DNA of 42,960 nucleotides from Escherichia phage vB_EcoP_P64441: sequence record PQ847473.1; one strand, 5' to 3'. Shown piece by piece: positions 1 to 9,908 of this stretch (position 1 is its first letter; each line of letters starts with the position of its first letter). The notes under the pieces were generated by a model. It saw only the letters and a program-made list of their open reading frames with translations, ran no database searches and was not told where the DNA came from. The position numbers and the translations under genes were made by a program.

Positions 1-1385
1 AGCTTAACCAGACCTTTATCATCTGCAAGACCTGCAAGTAACTCTTCGTTACTGCTCAGGCTGTAGCGCATACGCGCATCAAGATTAGGACTAGTAAGAA
101 GCTGCTCACGAATACGAGTAAGGTTAGTGGTAGCTTCCAATGCTTCTGGAGTACCAGACTGAATAGCGCGTACAGTAGCAGCATGTATAAGCTCATGCAC
201 AGCAATTTTAGCAGTATTAGAATCCAGACCATTGATAGCATCTCCGTAGGTCTTCCAAGTACGGGGGCCTTTCTTAGAGGCACGCAGGGTGACCGCATTG
301 TTAGCTAGGTTATAACGGCTAGAGATGTTAGTGTCACCTACGAGGTGTACAGGCACATCATCTATGATACCGTCCAGTGAACGCAGCAATGCCTTCTGAC
401 CCTCATCCAGTACATCGCGTGCTAACAGGTTCTTAGTAACGTCACTTGCGCGTACACTTACACGAGCCTGCTGACCTTTCAGGATACGAATAGGTTTCTT
501 AAGCGGGGTAGATTCTAAGGAATCAATCTTAGTAGTAAAGGCATCCGAGTCTGGAGCTGTACGCTTAGTAGGAGCAGCTTCATCGAACTGCATTTCTGTA
601 CGAGTACTGCCACGAGTAGTACCAGTACTTGCATCTACAGCGTTATTAGCTGCGGTATCTGCTGCATCTTCCGTTGCACCTGCAACAGTACGCTGAACAG
701 CACGGCTTGCATTAACTGCTTTGCGGATATCGAATAACTGGTCTACGCCTGATACTGCAGCTACTAATGCAGTGATACCTTCGGACTGTCCCAGCTGGTC
801 CTGCGCATAGTACGCTGAACCTACGTCTGCTGCACGGATAGCTGAACGAACTGCTAAGCCTGCGCGACCTGCTACACCTGCGGCTGCAAACGGAGCTAAC
901 AGGGTAGGGGCGTCACCTAGAATAGAACCAGCGATACCAGACACGATGTTAGCGCTAGCAGTAGTATCACGCTCGCGCTGCTCCAGCATCTGTTCAATGC
1001 GGTAGTTATAATCATCCAAACTAACCGAAGTGCGTAAGTAATCAATTTCTTCCTGATTAGGGGTGTAAATTCTAGTCCGTGCATCTTTCTGAAGCATCTC
1101 CGTAGAGTTGAAGTCCAGGTCAGTTGGGAAGTCTGGAGAGAAAGCTTTGCGTAGACCTGCTGCGATAATACTGTTACCTGCACCAGCTATAAAGGACTGA
1201 CCTGCAGTGATAGCAGCAGTACGAGCCTGGGCAGTATTAGATGCACGCTCAAGAGCGGAAGCACCTAAGTCTGTTGCATCACCCCAATTAACTGTAGCCT
1301 GAGGTTGTTGCACTTCAATGAGAGTATCTTGTTTAGCAGAATCCTTTATACCGGGACTAGCATCTTGATTCAGGAACTGAGCCAT
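1..1385 (-). CDS. Internal virion protein D-like (gp16-like), N-terminal 438 codons; one gene with 40448..42833 across the circular junction, about 1256 aa in total
   Basis: ATG at 1383-1385 preceded on the minus strand by an AAGGA ribosome-binding site. I checked every codon of this frame from 1385 down to 72 and found no stop. It runs in frame into the MRYSLSS start of the 818-aa ORF, whose first codons lie in the duplicated terminal 127 bp. Size and position match T7 gp16. The ORF track missed it because it has no in-window stop. Confidence 0.7.
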   Translation of the reverse strand, partial: MAQFLNQDASPGIKDSAKQDTLIEVQQPQATVNWGDATDLGASALERASNTAQARTAAITAGQSFIAGAGNSIIAAGLRKAFSPDFPTDLDFNSTEMLQKDARTRIYTPNQEEIDYLRTSVSLDDYNYRIEQMLEQRERDTTASANIVSGIAGSILGDAPTLLAPFAAAGVAGRAGLAVRSAIRAADVGSAYYAQDQLGQSEGITALVAAVSGVDQLFDIRKAVNASRAVQRTVAGATEDAADTAANNAVDASTGTTRGSTRTEMQFDEAAPTKRTAPDSDAFTTKIDSLESTPLKKPIRILKGQQARVSVRASDVTKNLLARDVLDEGQKALLRSLDGIIDDVPVHLVGDTNISSRYNLANNAVTLRASKKGPRTWKTYGDAINGLDSNTAKIAVHELIHAATVRAIQSGTPEALEATTNLTRIREQLLTSPNLDARMRYSLSSNEELLAGLADDKGLVK

Positions 1386-1417
1386 TTATAAATCCTTAAA
1401 GGGTTGTGATAAAGAAG

Positions 1418-1482
1418 ATAATAGAGCAGGGATACTGGAGGTGTATCCCGGCGCTGGAAGGGTTTTATTATATCATGGATTT
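1418..1482. repeat. Hairpin (GGGATAC-7 nt-GTATCCC) plus copy A of a conserved ~45-bp element shared with 21112..21160 in inverted orientation
   Basis: Direct reading: 'aggtgtatcccggcgctggaagggttttattatatcatgga' here matches the reverse complement of 21112-21160 with few mismatches. It lies in the intergenic gap between the gp15-like and gp16-like genes. Confidence 0.5.
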
Positions 1483-1515
1483 CATGATTCGTCAAACCCT
1501 TTCTAAATATTTACA

Positions 1516-4212
1516 TTACTGACCAAGACGGACAGCTTGAACCGCTTGCCAATACTGAATCTCCAGGTACTGTTTACGCTTAGGTTGGGCTTGCTTATAA
1601 GCAGGCTGTTTCTTAAGTGTATCCAGCCCTACTAAAGACTGCGCTTGGAACGGGTCCTGCTGGTAGCCGTATGTCGCAGAGGAGCCTTGACCTTGTACTG
1701 ATTTCAAGGTACGAAGAGCATCTGCTACAGGGGCGGAACTGCCGTTACCACCGTGATAGTTCAAGTCTACCAGAAGCTTCAGCCCAGAAGGGTCCTGAGT
1801 AATACCTTGCAGCTGTTTCTTAACCGCAGGGATGTACTGCTTCTCGAGAGAACCTTTCAATACCTCAATACCTTGTTCAGGAGTCAGGGATTCAGGAACT
1901 GGTAAGCCAGAGTTATCATGCAGACCAAAGCCTACGCTACCTTTCTTCTTAGTAGCACGGAAGCCTTCGAACTGAGCAGTAGTAGCTACGATGTCTGAGA
2001 AGAGGGCAGGTTGAATCCCAACACTGTTCTTGCCATTAACGTTCAGACTAATAGTACGTCCATTATCAGCATCCCAGAATGTAGCAGGGCGAGAACCTAC
2101 AGCCTTCTGACCAATCTCAATACCACCAGCTAGTGCTTCATCGTACCCAGCCTGAGCTAGCTGCTGAACCTGCTGCACGTCGATACTTACGTTCTGGTAG
2201 ATACCATCAGTAGTAAGGACAGAAGCAGTTAAGTTTTGACCCTGCGCACCAGCAGTACCAGCCTGCACGATTACACGGGAAACTTTAGAAGGGTCAGCTA
2301 TGGCATCAACACTAGTTTGAATCTGCTGAGCAAGTGCAGTACGGAACTGTTCGGCATCCCCACGATAAGAGCCTTGAAGGTCTGCGAGTGTAGTACCAGC
2401 GGGAAGATAAACGTGACGCGGCTTACCTGATACTTCAACCTGCAACTGACGGGACTGGATACGTCCCTTAAGAAGCGTGTTGATATCCTCCGGGGACTTA
2501 CCTACCAGAAGTTCAGGGTTGCTACGGTACAACTGTTTATACTCTTCCTGTAATGCTACACGTCCCTCCTGACGCTGCTGGTCCGCAGTATCACCAAAGC
2601 TAAACCAGTTAGCAGTAGACTCAGCATCAATAGCTGCTTCCGGAGGATTAGCTGGGAGGTTATCATAGCGTCCGCTTGCACGGTTACGGGCTAAACGACG
2701 GATATCATCCAGAATGATATTACTAGCGTTAGACTGGCCCTGAGCAGCAGCACGTTGAATAATACCACGGTACTCTTCAGGTACGTCACCGCTCAGTGCA
2801 ATCTTATCTAAGTCACCGCCAGAGATGTACTGCTGTACCCAACCTGCGATAGCTGCGTTGTTCTCTGCACTAACTGTACCGTCCTCTGCGAGAGAGTCCA
2901 GCGAGGCTAAGGTGTTAGCCATTAAGCGTGAAGTACGCTGGTTAGCCTTCTGGATAAGTCCTGCATCTTTAGAGGTCTTACCGTACTGTAGAAGCGTAGC
3001 ATTACCTACCGGAGTATCCGGGAACTGGTCCAAGATGAATTTCTGCGCTTTCTCTACATCCCCCTCGAACTGACCGGCAAGTACAGACGTAGGCTGACGA
3101 TTATTAATCGCTATCTGCAACGCATACTTATCCGCTGCATCATCACGAAGCTTAGTAGCACTGTTCCAGATATTAAGCTGAGTACCTGTGCTTAATACAC
3201 CACTGCGCCCATACTGCTGTACTTGGGAGCGGATATTCTGTAAAGCTACTTCCTGCTGTTCCGGGGATGCACTACGGAGAGCTTCAAGCTGGTCAGCAAT
3301 ATCAAAGCGGACCTGTGCTTCCATCTGGGAGCCTGCACGCTTAAACTCAGTACGCAGTGCCTTAACGACATCTACAGAGTTAACACCGAGCTGCTCAGTT
3401 GCAATACGTTGAATACGGTCAATGACCAGAGGGTCAGTGGCATTCTGTGCAATAGATACAAGATAGTCCTGTACACGTGCAAACTTACTACTTTTATCGA
3501 GGTGCCCCGCACCTAGAATGGCACTCATACCAGATACTACAGCAGCGTCACCGGCAGGGATATTCCCGCTTTGGATATGGTTAAAGAACTCCTGACCGGA
3601 GGCACTTAAGTTCTGGTCTAATGCAGCATCTGCTCGCTGATTAGCAACTTTAGCGCGTCCCTCTTGGAAGGCGGCATAGTTAGCTGCGCTAGCTTGCTGC
3701 ACCTGTGTAAGAGTAGCCGCAGCAGCCTGGCGGTCCAGCTGAGGTAGCCACTTGGATACTTGCTCAGAGAACTTAGCATTACCCTGTTGCTCTTGTAAAC
3801 GAAACTCCTCATCAGACAAGCCTTGCGCTGCTGCGGAGTTAGCACGCTGAAGAGCGCCTATACGCCAGTCAGCAAGCTCACGACTTACTGCTGCGGAGGT
3901 GTAGCCTTGTGTATAAGAATCACGAAGGAATATGTTCTGCTGCTTAACCTTCTCATCTCTAGTAGCTTCTAAGTCGACAGCACCTTGAGCATCAAGCGCA
4001 CCCTGTACAGCTACCTTAGCGCCGTATACCTGAGCACGCGCAGAGAATCCTTCTACTGTTCCTTGAAGGAACTGACCAATAGCCTGACGCCTAGCTAATG
4101 CTGAGTCATCTACTGCTACTGCACCTACCGCCCCCTGTACTGCCTCAGTAGCCTGAAGCTGAACACCTTGAAGCTGCAAGCCTTGACGTTGTACACTTTG
4201 AGTAATAGGCAC
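1516..4212 (-). CDS. Internal virion protein C-like (gp15-like)
   Basis: 898-aa Ala/Gln-rich ORF between the gp14-like and gp16-like genes, in the position of T7 gp15. Assigned by synteny and size only. Confidence 0.55.
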   Translation of the reverse strand: MPITQSVQRQGLQLQGVQLQATEAVQGAVGAVAVDDSALARRQAIGQFLQGTVEGFSARAQVYGAKVAVQGALDAQGAVDLEATRDEKVKQQNIFLRDSYTQGYTSAAVSRELADWRIGALQRANSAAAQGLSDEEFRLQEQQGNAKFSEQVSKWLPQLDRQAAAATLTQVQQASAANYAAFQEGRAKVANQRADAALDQNLSASGQEFFNHIQSGNIPAGDAAVVSGMSAILGAGHLDKSSKFARVQDYLVSIAQNATDPLVIDRIQRIATEQLGVNSVDVVKALRTEFKRAGSQMEAQVRFDIADQLEALRSASPEQQEVALQNIRSQVQQYGRSGVLSTGTQLNIWNSATKLRDDAADKYALQIAINNRQPTSVLAGQFEGDVEKAQKFILDQFPDTPVGNATLLQYGKTSKDAGLIQKANQRTSRLMANTLASLDSLAEDGTVSAENNAAIAGWVQQYISGGDLDKIALSGDVPEEYRGIIQRAAAQGQSNASNIILDDIRRLARNRASGRYDNLPANPPEAAIDAESTANWFSFGDTADQQRQEGRVALQEEYKQLYRSNPELLVGKSPEDINTLLKGRIQSRQLQVEVSGKPRHVYLPAGTTLADLQGSYRGDAEQFRTALAQQIQTSVDAIADPSKVSRVIVQAGTAGAQGQNLTASVLTTDGIYQNVSIDVQQVQQLAQAGYDEALAGGIEIGQKAVGSRPATFWDADNGRTISLNVNGKNSVGIQPALFSDIVATTAQFEGFRATKKKGSVGFGLHDNSGLPVPESLTPEQGIEVLKGSLEKQYIPAVKKQLQGITQDPSGLKLLVDLNYHGGNGSSAPVADALRTLKSVQGQGSSATYGYQQDPFQAQSLVGLDTLKKQPAYKQAQPKRKQYLEIQYWQAVQAVRLGQ

Positions 4213-4213
4213 T

Positions 4214-4765
4214 TTAGCCTCCTAAATAATTCTTCCACGCAGTTATAGTTGAACCTACTCGGCTTCCCCAGCTGTCGTAATCGAAGTCACCTAATACGCC
4301 ATCAGCTGCTGCGGAGCCTGTAGAGGAGCCTACAGAGCCTAAGGCTGCGTTAAATATAATATCCTGGCCTGACTGCTGAGAAGTATTGGCACGGGCATTA
4401 TCAATCGCAACTGTTGCTTGTTGGAAGAAACCTTCCTCACGAGCTGCTTGGTTTGCACGTACACTTGCTTCAGCACGGCTGTTTACTACGTTGACTGTTG
4501 CGACTGCATCACGTACGGATGCACCTATAGTATCCGATGCCGCAGCTTGAAGGCCTACCTGCGATAAGGCTTGTTGCTTCTGCTGCCGCACGTTAAATAA
4601 GGCAGAGTTAGTAGCAGTACGGGACTGACTTCTCTGGAGGTTAATCTGACTAATGCCTTTAGCAAGCTGTGCCTGCGTAGCTTTAGATTGAGCTACATTA
4701 GCTTTAATCTGAGAGCCCGCCCCGAACAGCGATAGAGCGGCTTGAGCTGCTGCGAACTGCCACAT
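4214..4765 (-). CDS. Internal virion protein B-like (gp14-like)
   Basis: 183-aa ORF directly downstream of the tail tube B gene and upstream of the gp15-like gene. Assigned by synteny. Confidence 0.45.
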   Translation of the reverse strand: MWQFAAAQAALSLFGAGSQIKANVAQSKATQAQLAKGISQINLQRSQSRTATNSALFNVRQQKQQALSQVGLQAAASDTIGASVRDAVATVNVVNSRAEASVRANQAAREEGFFQQATVAIDNARANTSQQSGQDIIFNAALGSVGSSTGSAAADGVLGDFDYDSWGSRVGSTITAWKNYLGG

Positions 4766-4778
4766 GGGCGGTCTCCTT

Positions 4779-7127
4779 TTAAATGCGTCTACGACGCTGA
4801 TTGTAACGGAGGATATACGAGATATCCAGTATGTTCATTTCCAACGTATCGTCGGTCATGAAGGTTACTTCTGTTGTATCTGAGTTAGTGCGACAAGGTA
4901 TAATTACGTTACCAAGTTCATACCGAGGTGTAAGGCTAGGAGCTAAATCCTGAGAGTTCAGAATCAGTCCTGAGTAATCCCCTTCATTATTAACCCCGCG
5001 TGCCGTATCAAGTACCTGAACATTGAAGACACCAGACTTACGCGCAGCTACATCTAAACGCAGAAGACGTACATGTCCTGAGCCAACCAAGTTGTCGTTC
5101 TGGTCCTTAATCATTGGAGGGGTAATAGTGAATGAGCTCGGAATACGGAAGCCACAATAATACAGGCCATCACGAACCCCGCGTACTACTGTACCTACGT
5201 CCCCGTCGTACGAGCGTACACCTACCGAGTCAGTTGCGATAGTAGAGGCCTCAGTAAAAGCTAATGCTAACTTAGTACTGTAATCCCCACCCCGTAAGTG
5301 CTCTGGTACTGTGAACTTCCCGCCAGATACCTGCACAGCTATACGCGCATCCATATAAGGTACGTCATACAACCCATCAGCTACGAAGCCCTCACGAGGG
5401 TCAATAGTCTGAACCTGTACTTGCCCTGAGCTATGGTTACGTGTAAACAGGTACATTACCTCAGACTGACTATGCACGCTCAGGACTTCCTGCTGGAATG
5501 TCCACTGGTGCCAAGCAGCCTGTGACTTGCCTTCGTTATCCCATAAGTACTCATGCACAAGCAGCGCGTTACGATTACCGCTGTACTGGATAAATCCAAT
5601 GTTAGTTACCGAGCTTAGTACCATCTTCATTATACGACCGGGTATATATCTAGGCAGGTGCGCTGTGGCATCTGTAGATGTATACTGCGATGACGTATAA
5701 GGACTTGGCACAAACTCAAGCACCCCTGCATAAGCAGAGTTGCGTCGGTTAGGGTAGAGGATAGTCTGCCCTGCTACAATTGGCACAATCCGGCTATCAC
5801 ATGAGAATTCTGAGGTTAAGCTTACGCTAGCATTACTGGGAGTAAGGGCACCACTACCTGGAACTACTGCTTGCATACTATCACCGAAGACTACTAAGTC
5901 ACGGTTGAACTGCAACGCTGTACGGAATACAGAATCCTGTGCAGATGCAGAAGCAATATCTATACGGTCAGTATCGAGCAACGAGGTTACTGTACTGCGG
6001 TAGAACCTAGTGTACAAGCCGGACGCTGATAAGCTAATACCTGCACCTGATAGCAGTACAAGCCTGCCTTGGAATGCAGCAATACCAGTAAGGTACCCGT
6101 TATCTACAAAGTAAGGATTAGCGTTAGTATCATCGTCACCTGACAGACGTCCCTCGAAATCACGTGCAATGATGTTATCATCTGCTGCTAGTTCAAGCGG
6201 CATGTTAGAGATGCGGGAAATGCTATTATAACCACCTACCTCTATCCAAGCACGGGTACTGTAATTGTACTGATACCAAGTACTATCTGAACCCGCTTGA
6301 CCTACGGCACATAATGCACCATTTGCAAACTCAGGTAGAGATGCGGGCAAGTCAGATTCCTGAGGTACTCGGGACTGGTTAGAGGCAGTCGCAAATGTAG
6401 AGCCTGCATCAGTCGTAACTACACAGTTAGCTAGCCCAGTAATAAATATAGTAGAGCCAGAGGAGTCGATGCTGATATTATTAGAAGGGATGCCTGAAGC
6501 TATTAAACGACTACGTAACTCTCCAGTAATATATGAGGCAGATGCTAGTGACGGGTCGGTGTTAGAGGCGTCAACGCCTATGGCGGCATAAGCTCTTCCG
6601 CCTAGTAGGTCAGAGCTATTTACAGTTACACTCCAAAGCTTACCAGCTAGAACTGTACTTGTTATCCTAAAGAATCCCGTAGTATTAGGGTCCAACTTAC
6701 CTACATTATTTACAGTGGCAATCGGATGCTGCTCAGTATTCAGGATGTATGTTAAGCCGCCTACGCTAGCTGTCTGGATAGACGTAGCGCCAATACTAGC
6801 CCTAAGGTATACATGATTACCTGAGTTAACTACCTGACCCGTATCCTTACCTAAAAGATACCAATCGCCTGTAGCTGTATTAATTACGAGGTGACGCCCA
6901 TCAGTACCACGCTCTACGTACGATGTAAAGAGCTGCCCGGATAAAGGCGCAGTGATGCCTGTACCGTTATTAAGAAGAACAGCGCCCGGACGACGCCGGA
7001 TACTTGTTACAGGGTCAGAGAGCATGTTCACCTGCGACCCTAATTGTCCCGGCTTACGTTCGCGGGGAATCTGCTGTGATACTCCCTGCAATAAGCTAGG
7101 GATAGTTCCTTCCAAAGAATTAGCCAT
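4779..7127 (-). CDS. Tail tubular protein B (gp12-like)
   Basis: 782 aa (T7 gp12 is 794 aa), directly downstream of the tail tube A gene. Assigned by synteny and size. Confidence 0.65.
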   Translation of the reverse strand: MANSLEGTIPSLLQGVSQQIPRERKPGQLGSQVNMLSDPVTSIRRRPGAVLLNNGTGITAPLSGQLFTSYVERGTDGRHLVINTATGDWYLLGKDTGQVVNSGNHVYLRASIGATSIQTASVGGLTYILNTEQHPIATVNNVGKLDPNTTGFFRITSTVLAGKLWSVTVNSSDLLGGRAYAAIGVDASNTDPSLASASYITGELRSRLIASGIPSNNISIDSSGSTIFITGLANCVVTTDAGSTFATASNQSRVPQESDLPASLPEFANGALCAVGQAGSDSTWYQYNYSTRAWIEVGGYNSISRISNMPLELAADDNIIARDFEGRLSGDDDTNANPYFVDNGYLTGIAAFQGRLVLLSGAGISLSASGLYTRFYRSTVTSLLDTDRIDIASASAQDSVFRTALQFNRDLVVFGDSMQAVVPGSGALTPSNASVSLTSEFSCDSRIVPIVAGQTILYPNRRNSAYAGVLEFVPSPYTSSQYTSTDATAHLPRYIPGRIMKMVLSSVTNIGFIQYSGNRNALLVHEYLWDNEGKSQAAWHQWTFQQEVLSVHSQSEVMYLFTRNHSSGQVQVQTIDPREGFVADGLYDVPYMDARIAVQVSGGKFTVPEHLRGGDYSTKLALAFTEASTIATDSVGVRSYDGDVGTVVRGVRDGLYYCGFRIPSSFTITPPMIKDQNDNLVGSGHVRLLRLDVAARKSGVFNVQVLDTARGVNNEGDYSGLILNSQDLAPSLTPRYELGNVIIPCRTNSDTTEVTFMTDDTLEMNILDISYILRYNQRRRRI

Positions 7128-7681
7128 TAGAGACGGAATCCTCTGCGAATGTTATGAGCGTTACGGGCACGCGTAGTACTGTAACGTTGATTACGAAGAT
7201 GCTCACGCAATGTAAGAGCTTCGTAATGCCGCGCCTGGTCTTCCAGTACCTGATAGTTAGCATCAGTACCTAAGTCGTTAGCATAGACCTGAGCAGCTGC
7301 TTTGTACGCAATCCATAAGGCTACGTGCTCTGGTAAGTCTTCGAAGTCGAAGTCCAGAATAACACGCAGAGTTACAGGATTCTCAAAGCGCTGAGTCTGC
7401 TCTACAAGGTCATATAAGTTACCATTGCGCTCACTGTACTTCTTACCATCCAAGCCATAGATAGCGACTTGCTTCCACGGAATAGTAATACGCTGTACAG
7501 TGCTCGGAGTAACTTCACGGGTAATAGTATTAAACCAGTAACCAGTACTAAGCGTCCCGCGACGGGTACGTTCAATAGCTGCTTTAGCTAGGCCCACTGA
7601 AGGGTTCTGGCTATTTAAATCAACAGCCCTAGATTCGCCCAGAGCTTCAAGTGTTACGTTTACAGCGTCGATGAGTCTCAA
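7127..7681 (-). CDS. Tail tubular protein A (gp11-like)
   Basis: 184 aa (T7 gp11 is 196 aa), downstream of the capsid gene and terminator. The called start at 7681 is TTG, so the true start is uncertain. Confidence 0.6.
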   Translation of the reverse strand: MRLIDAVNVTLEALGESRAVDLNSQNPSVGLAKAAIERTRRGTLSTGYWFNTITREVTPSTVQRITIPWKQVAIYGLDGKKYSERNGNLYDLVEQTQRFENPVTLRVILDFDFEDLPEHVALWIAYKAAAQVYANDLGTDANYQVLEDQARHYEALTLREHLRNQRYSTTRARNAHNIRRGFRL

Positions 7682-7718
7682 CGTTTAGTCTCCTTTGTAT
7701 TTTAAGCTCTGGGATAGA

Positions 7719-7750
7719 ACTTAAAAGACAAAGCCCCGCACAAGGCGGGG
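7719..7750 (-). terminator. Stem-loop terminator downstream of the capsid gene cluster (T-phi-like position)
   Basis: Minus strand reads CCCCGC-cttgt-GCGGGG followed by CTTTGTCTTTT: a GC stem with a T-rich tail, between the capsid/small-ORF pair and the tail tube A gene. Confidence 0.55.
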
Positions 7751-7755
7751 ACAGT

Positions 7756-7950
7756 TTACTCAGCTTTCTTAGACTTAGTCTTTTTAACTTCTAAGTCTGT
7801 AGAGATGATTTCAATAACCGCTGGCAGAAGCTCAGCGGCTGTAATCTTATCATCAAAGTCATGGATACGACGCGCAACTTCTTTAAGGTTGCGCAGCACG
7901 ATATCACGCGGGCCCTCAGAACCCGCAACTACTTTAGCAATGATTGCCAT
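7756..7950 (-). CDS. Hypothetical small protein (64 aa) downstream of the capsid gene
   Basis: ORF with a Lys-rich C-terminus, tightly packed after the capsid gene. No recognisable motif. Confidence 0.35.
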   Translation of the reverse strand: MAIIAKVVAGSEGPRDIVLRNLKEVARRIHDFDDKITAAELLPAVIEIISTDLEVKKTKSKKAE

Positions 7951-7958
7951 TTTGTACC

Positions 7959-8951
7959 TTACGCAGTGGTGAAGCTAACGATAGCTGCGGTATCTGGACG
8001 ACGGTTACCAACAGTATACATCGCATAGCAATCCAGTACGTTAGCGAAGTTCAGTTCATCGTCCCAAATACGGGCGGTGAACGGTTGAGCTTCAACAGTT
8101 ACCAGAGTCTTAGACTTGCTGAAGGTTACCATACGGCACTTTGCATCAGCAGCAGTAACGGTATAAGCAGAACCCAGCGGATGCGGACCAGCGTCCGGGA
8201 ACTCTACAGCCTCAACAACCGGGATACCGTTCATTACAACTACGCGACGCTGTTTGAAACCGTCATCGTTACTGTTACCAAATTCACGGTCGAACAGTTT
8301 CGGGTGTTCCAGCAACTGAGAATAAATCTCAGTAGATACCAGAGTAACCATGTCAGACAGCGGAACCTTACGCTTAATCAGCTCGTCAACACCTTTACGG
8401 TGTGCTTCGTTGATTGCTACTGCGTTAGCTTCACGACCAGTTACGCCAACCGGGTTAGCAGCCAGAGAGGCAGTAATCTCAATACCATCAGAGAATGCAG
8501 GTTTCAGATGCTCAGGAGCAACCCAAGTACGGCCTTTAATCAGCTGAATCAAGTGTGCCTGGTCAAAGGTCTCTGCGAACTCATAACCGTTGTTCTGACC
8601 CATCTCGGTAAGGAAGTCTGGAGCAGTCCAATCATCCTGATAGTCAATCGGGTTACGGATGTACAGCACGGTATCAACAACGATAATCATCTTATCGTTA
8701 CGAACCGGAGTCGGAGCCAGAGCTTCACCAGACTGACGGCCTTTAACTGAAGAAGTATTCAGGCGGTCAATACGATAAGTGTTAGACTGGTTCTGAGTAG
8801 AACGCTGAGAGGACAGGCCCAAGAACAGCGCTTGGTATTCGAAGCGAGAATCTACTTCTGATTGATACACTTCCAGATGGATGTCAGTATCAGACTGCGC
8901 GCCAGCCCAATGTGGCTTAGTTGAGTTACCAGTGTATGCAGTATTAGCCAT
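7959..8951 (-). CDS. Major capsid protein (gp10-like)
   Basis: 330 aa (T7 gp10A is 345 aa), immediately downstream of the scaffold gene and followed by a terminator, as in T7-like phages. Confidence 0.8.
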   Translation of the reverse strand: MANTAYTGNSTKPHWAGAQSDTDIHLEVYQSEVDSRFEYQALFLGLSSQRSTQNQSNTYRIDRLNTSSVKGRQSGEALAPTPVRNDKMIIVVDTVLYIRNPIDYQDDWTAPDFLTEMGQNNGYEFAETFDQAHLIQLIKGRTWVAPEHLKPAFSDGIEITASLAANPVGVTGREANAVAINEAHRKGVDELIKRKVPLSDMVTLVSTEIYSQLLEHPKLFDREFGNSNDDGFKQRRVVVMNGIPVVEAVEFPDAGPHPLGSAYTVTAADAKCRMVTFSKSKTLVTVEAQPFTARIWDDELNFANVLDCYAMYTVGNRRPDTAAIVSFTTA

Positions 8952-9074
8952 GTTATGTATTTCCTATATATAGAGTGATTGAGAGTTTAAGTTTAGTTGC
9001 CGGAGGTGGGCAGGGAGTATTAAGCAGAAAGCCACACGGAGTGTACTGTACTTCCACATCTCCAGCAGGTTTAA

Positions 9075-9899
9075 TTACAGCCCAGCACGCTTACCAGCAG
9101 TGCGACGGTCTAACAGGTCTTGGTAGCGACCAGCGAAAGCTTGAGACTGCAAGCTGCGGTTACCTACCTCTTTGCGAAGTTTAGAATATTCTTCGCTGAA
9201 TGCCTTAGCACTAAGAGCACCAGCAGAGCCAGGTGCGCCTTGAAACTTAGGATTAATAGTCGCCATTACGCCGAGGCTTTGACAAGTCTCGATAACGAAC
9301 TTAGCAGCCCCTGCGATATCGCCTGAATCGGCGAGTGCACGTGCAGCCTTACGGATGTGCTCGGGAGCCTTAGCATTAAATACCTGCGTCGCTGCATCCC
9401 ATTGCTCTTTACCGCCAGCCATTTCATAAGCCGAATTAACTGCCTTCTGAACCTGACCTACTTGGTCTTCCAGATACGCCTTAGCTAGCATCTCTGCATA
9501 TGCAGCATGTTCACCGAAACGTTCTTGGATGAATGCCTTATCAATTAAGTTAGCATCACCATACTCAATAGCCTTACCGATAGCACGGACCATGTCCGAG
9601 TCATTCAGTTTAGATACTTGTTTGAGCATAGCAATACCAGCATCAATTGCTGGATTACCTGTCTCTGCTAATTCAGTCTGAGCTGAAGCAGGAGTCGGAG
9701 CCTCTGATTTATTAAGTAGCTTAGACAGCGCTTCAATATCAAGCGTAGCAGGAGCAGGAGCTACTGCGACCTCAGGCACACCTTGCATGTTTGGTGCCTT
9801 AACGTTTGCGCCAGGGCCCGGAATCTTGGGGCCGTCGACATTCTCAACAACTATAGTTGCTGGAACTTCGCTTGGTACTGCTGAAATATCATCTGACAT
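9075..9899 (-). CDS. Capsid assembly scaffolding protein (gp9-like)
   Basis: 274-aa acidic, Ala-rich protein between the portal and capsid genes. Confidence 0.65.
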   Translation of the reverse strand: MSDDISAVPSEVPATIVVENVDGPKIPGPGANVKAPNMQGVPEVAVAPAPATLDIEALSKLLNKSEAPTPASAQTELAETGNPAIDAGIAMLKQVSKLNDSDMVRAIGKAIEYGDANLIDKAFIQERFGEHAAYAEMLAKAYLEDQVGQVQKAVNSAYEMAGGKEQWDAATQVFNAKAPEHIRKAARALADSGDIAGAAKFVIETCQSLGVMATINPKFQGAPGSAGALSAKAFSEEYSKLRKEVGNRSLQSQAFAGRYQDLLDRRTAGKRAGL

Positions 9900-9908
9900 T
9901 TGTAACCC

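Noticed and set aside
56-1183. Minus-strand ORFs 56..298 and 917..1183 from the track
   Set aside because: Both are out of frame inside the long open frame (1385 down to 1) that continues the gp16-like protein, so they are overlapping-frame artefacts.
7944-8750. 268-aa plus-strand ORF
   Set aside because: Lies entirely antisense to the major capsid gene. Low-complexity, stop-poor frame with no motifs. All credible genes are on the minus strand.
8952-9074. T7-like phage promoter upstream of the capsid gene ('tcactctatatatagga' resembles the T7 'cactataggga' core)
   Set aside because: Only one occurrence found. I could not identify a recurring phage-polymerase promoter consensus across intergenic regions by eye, so this is not called.
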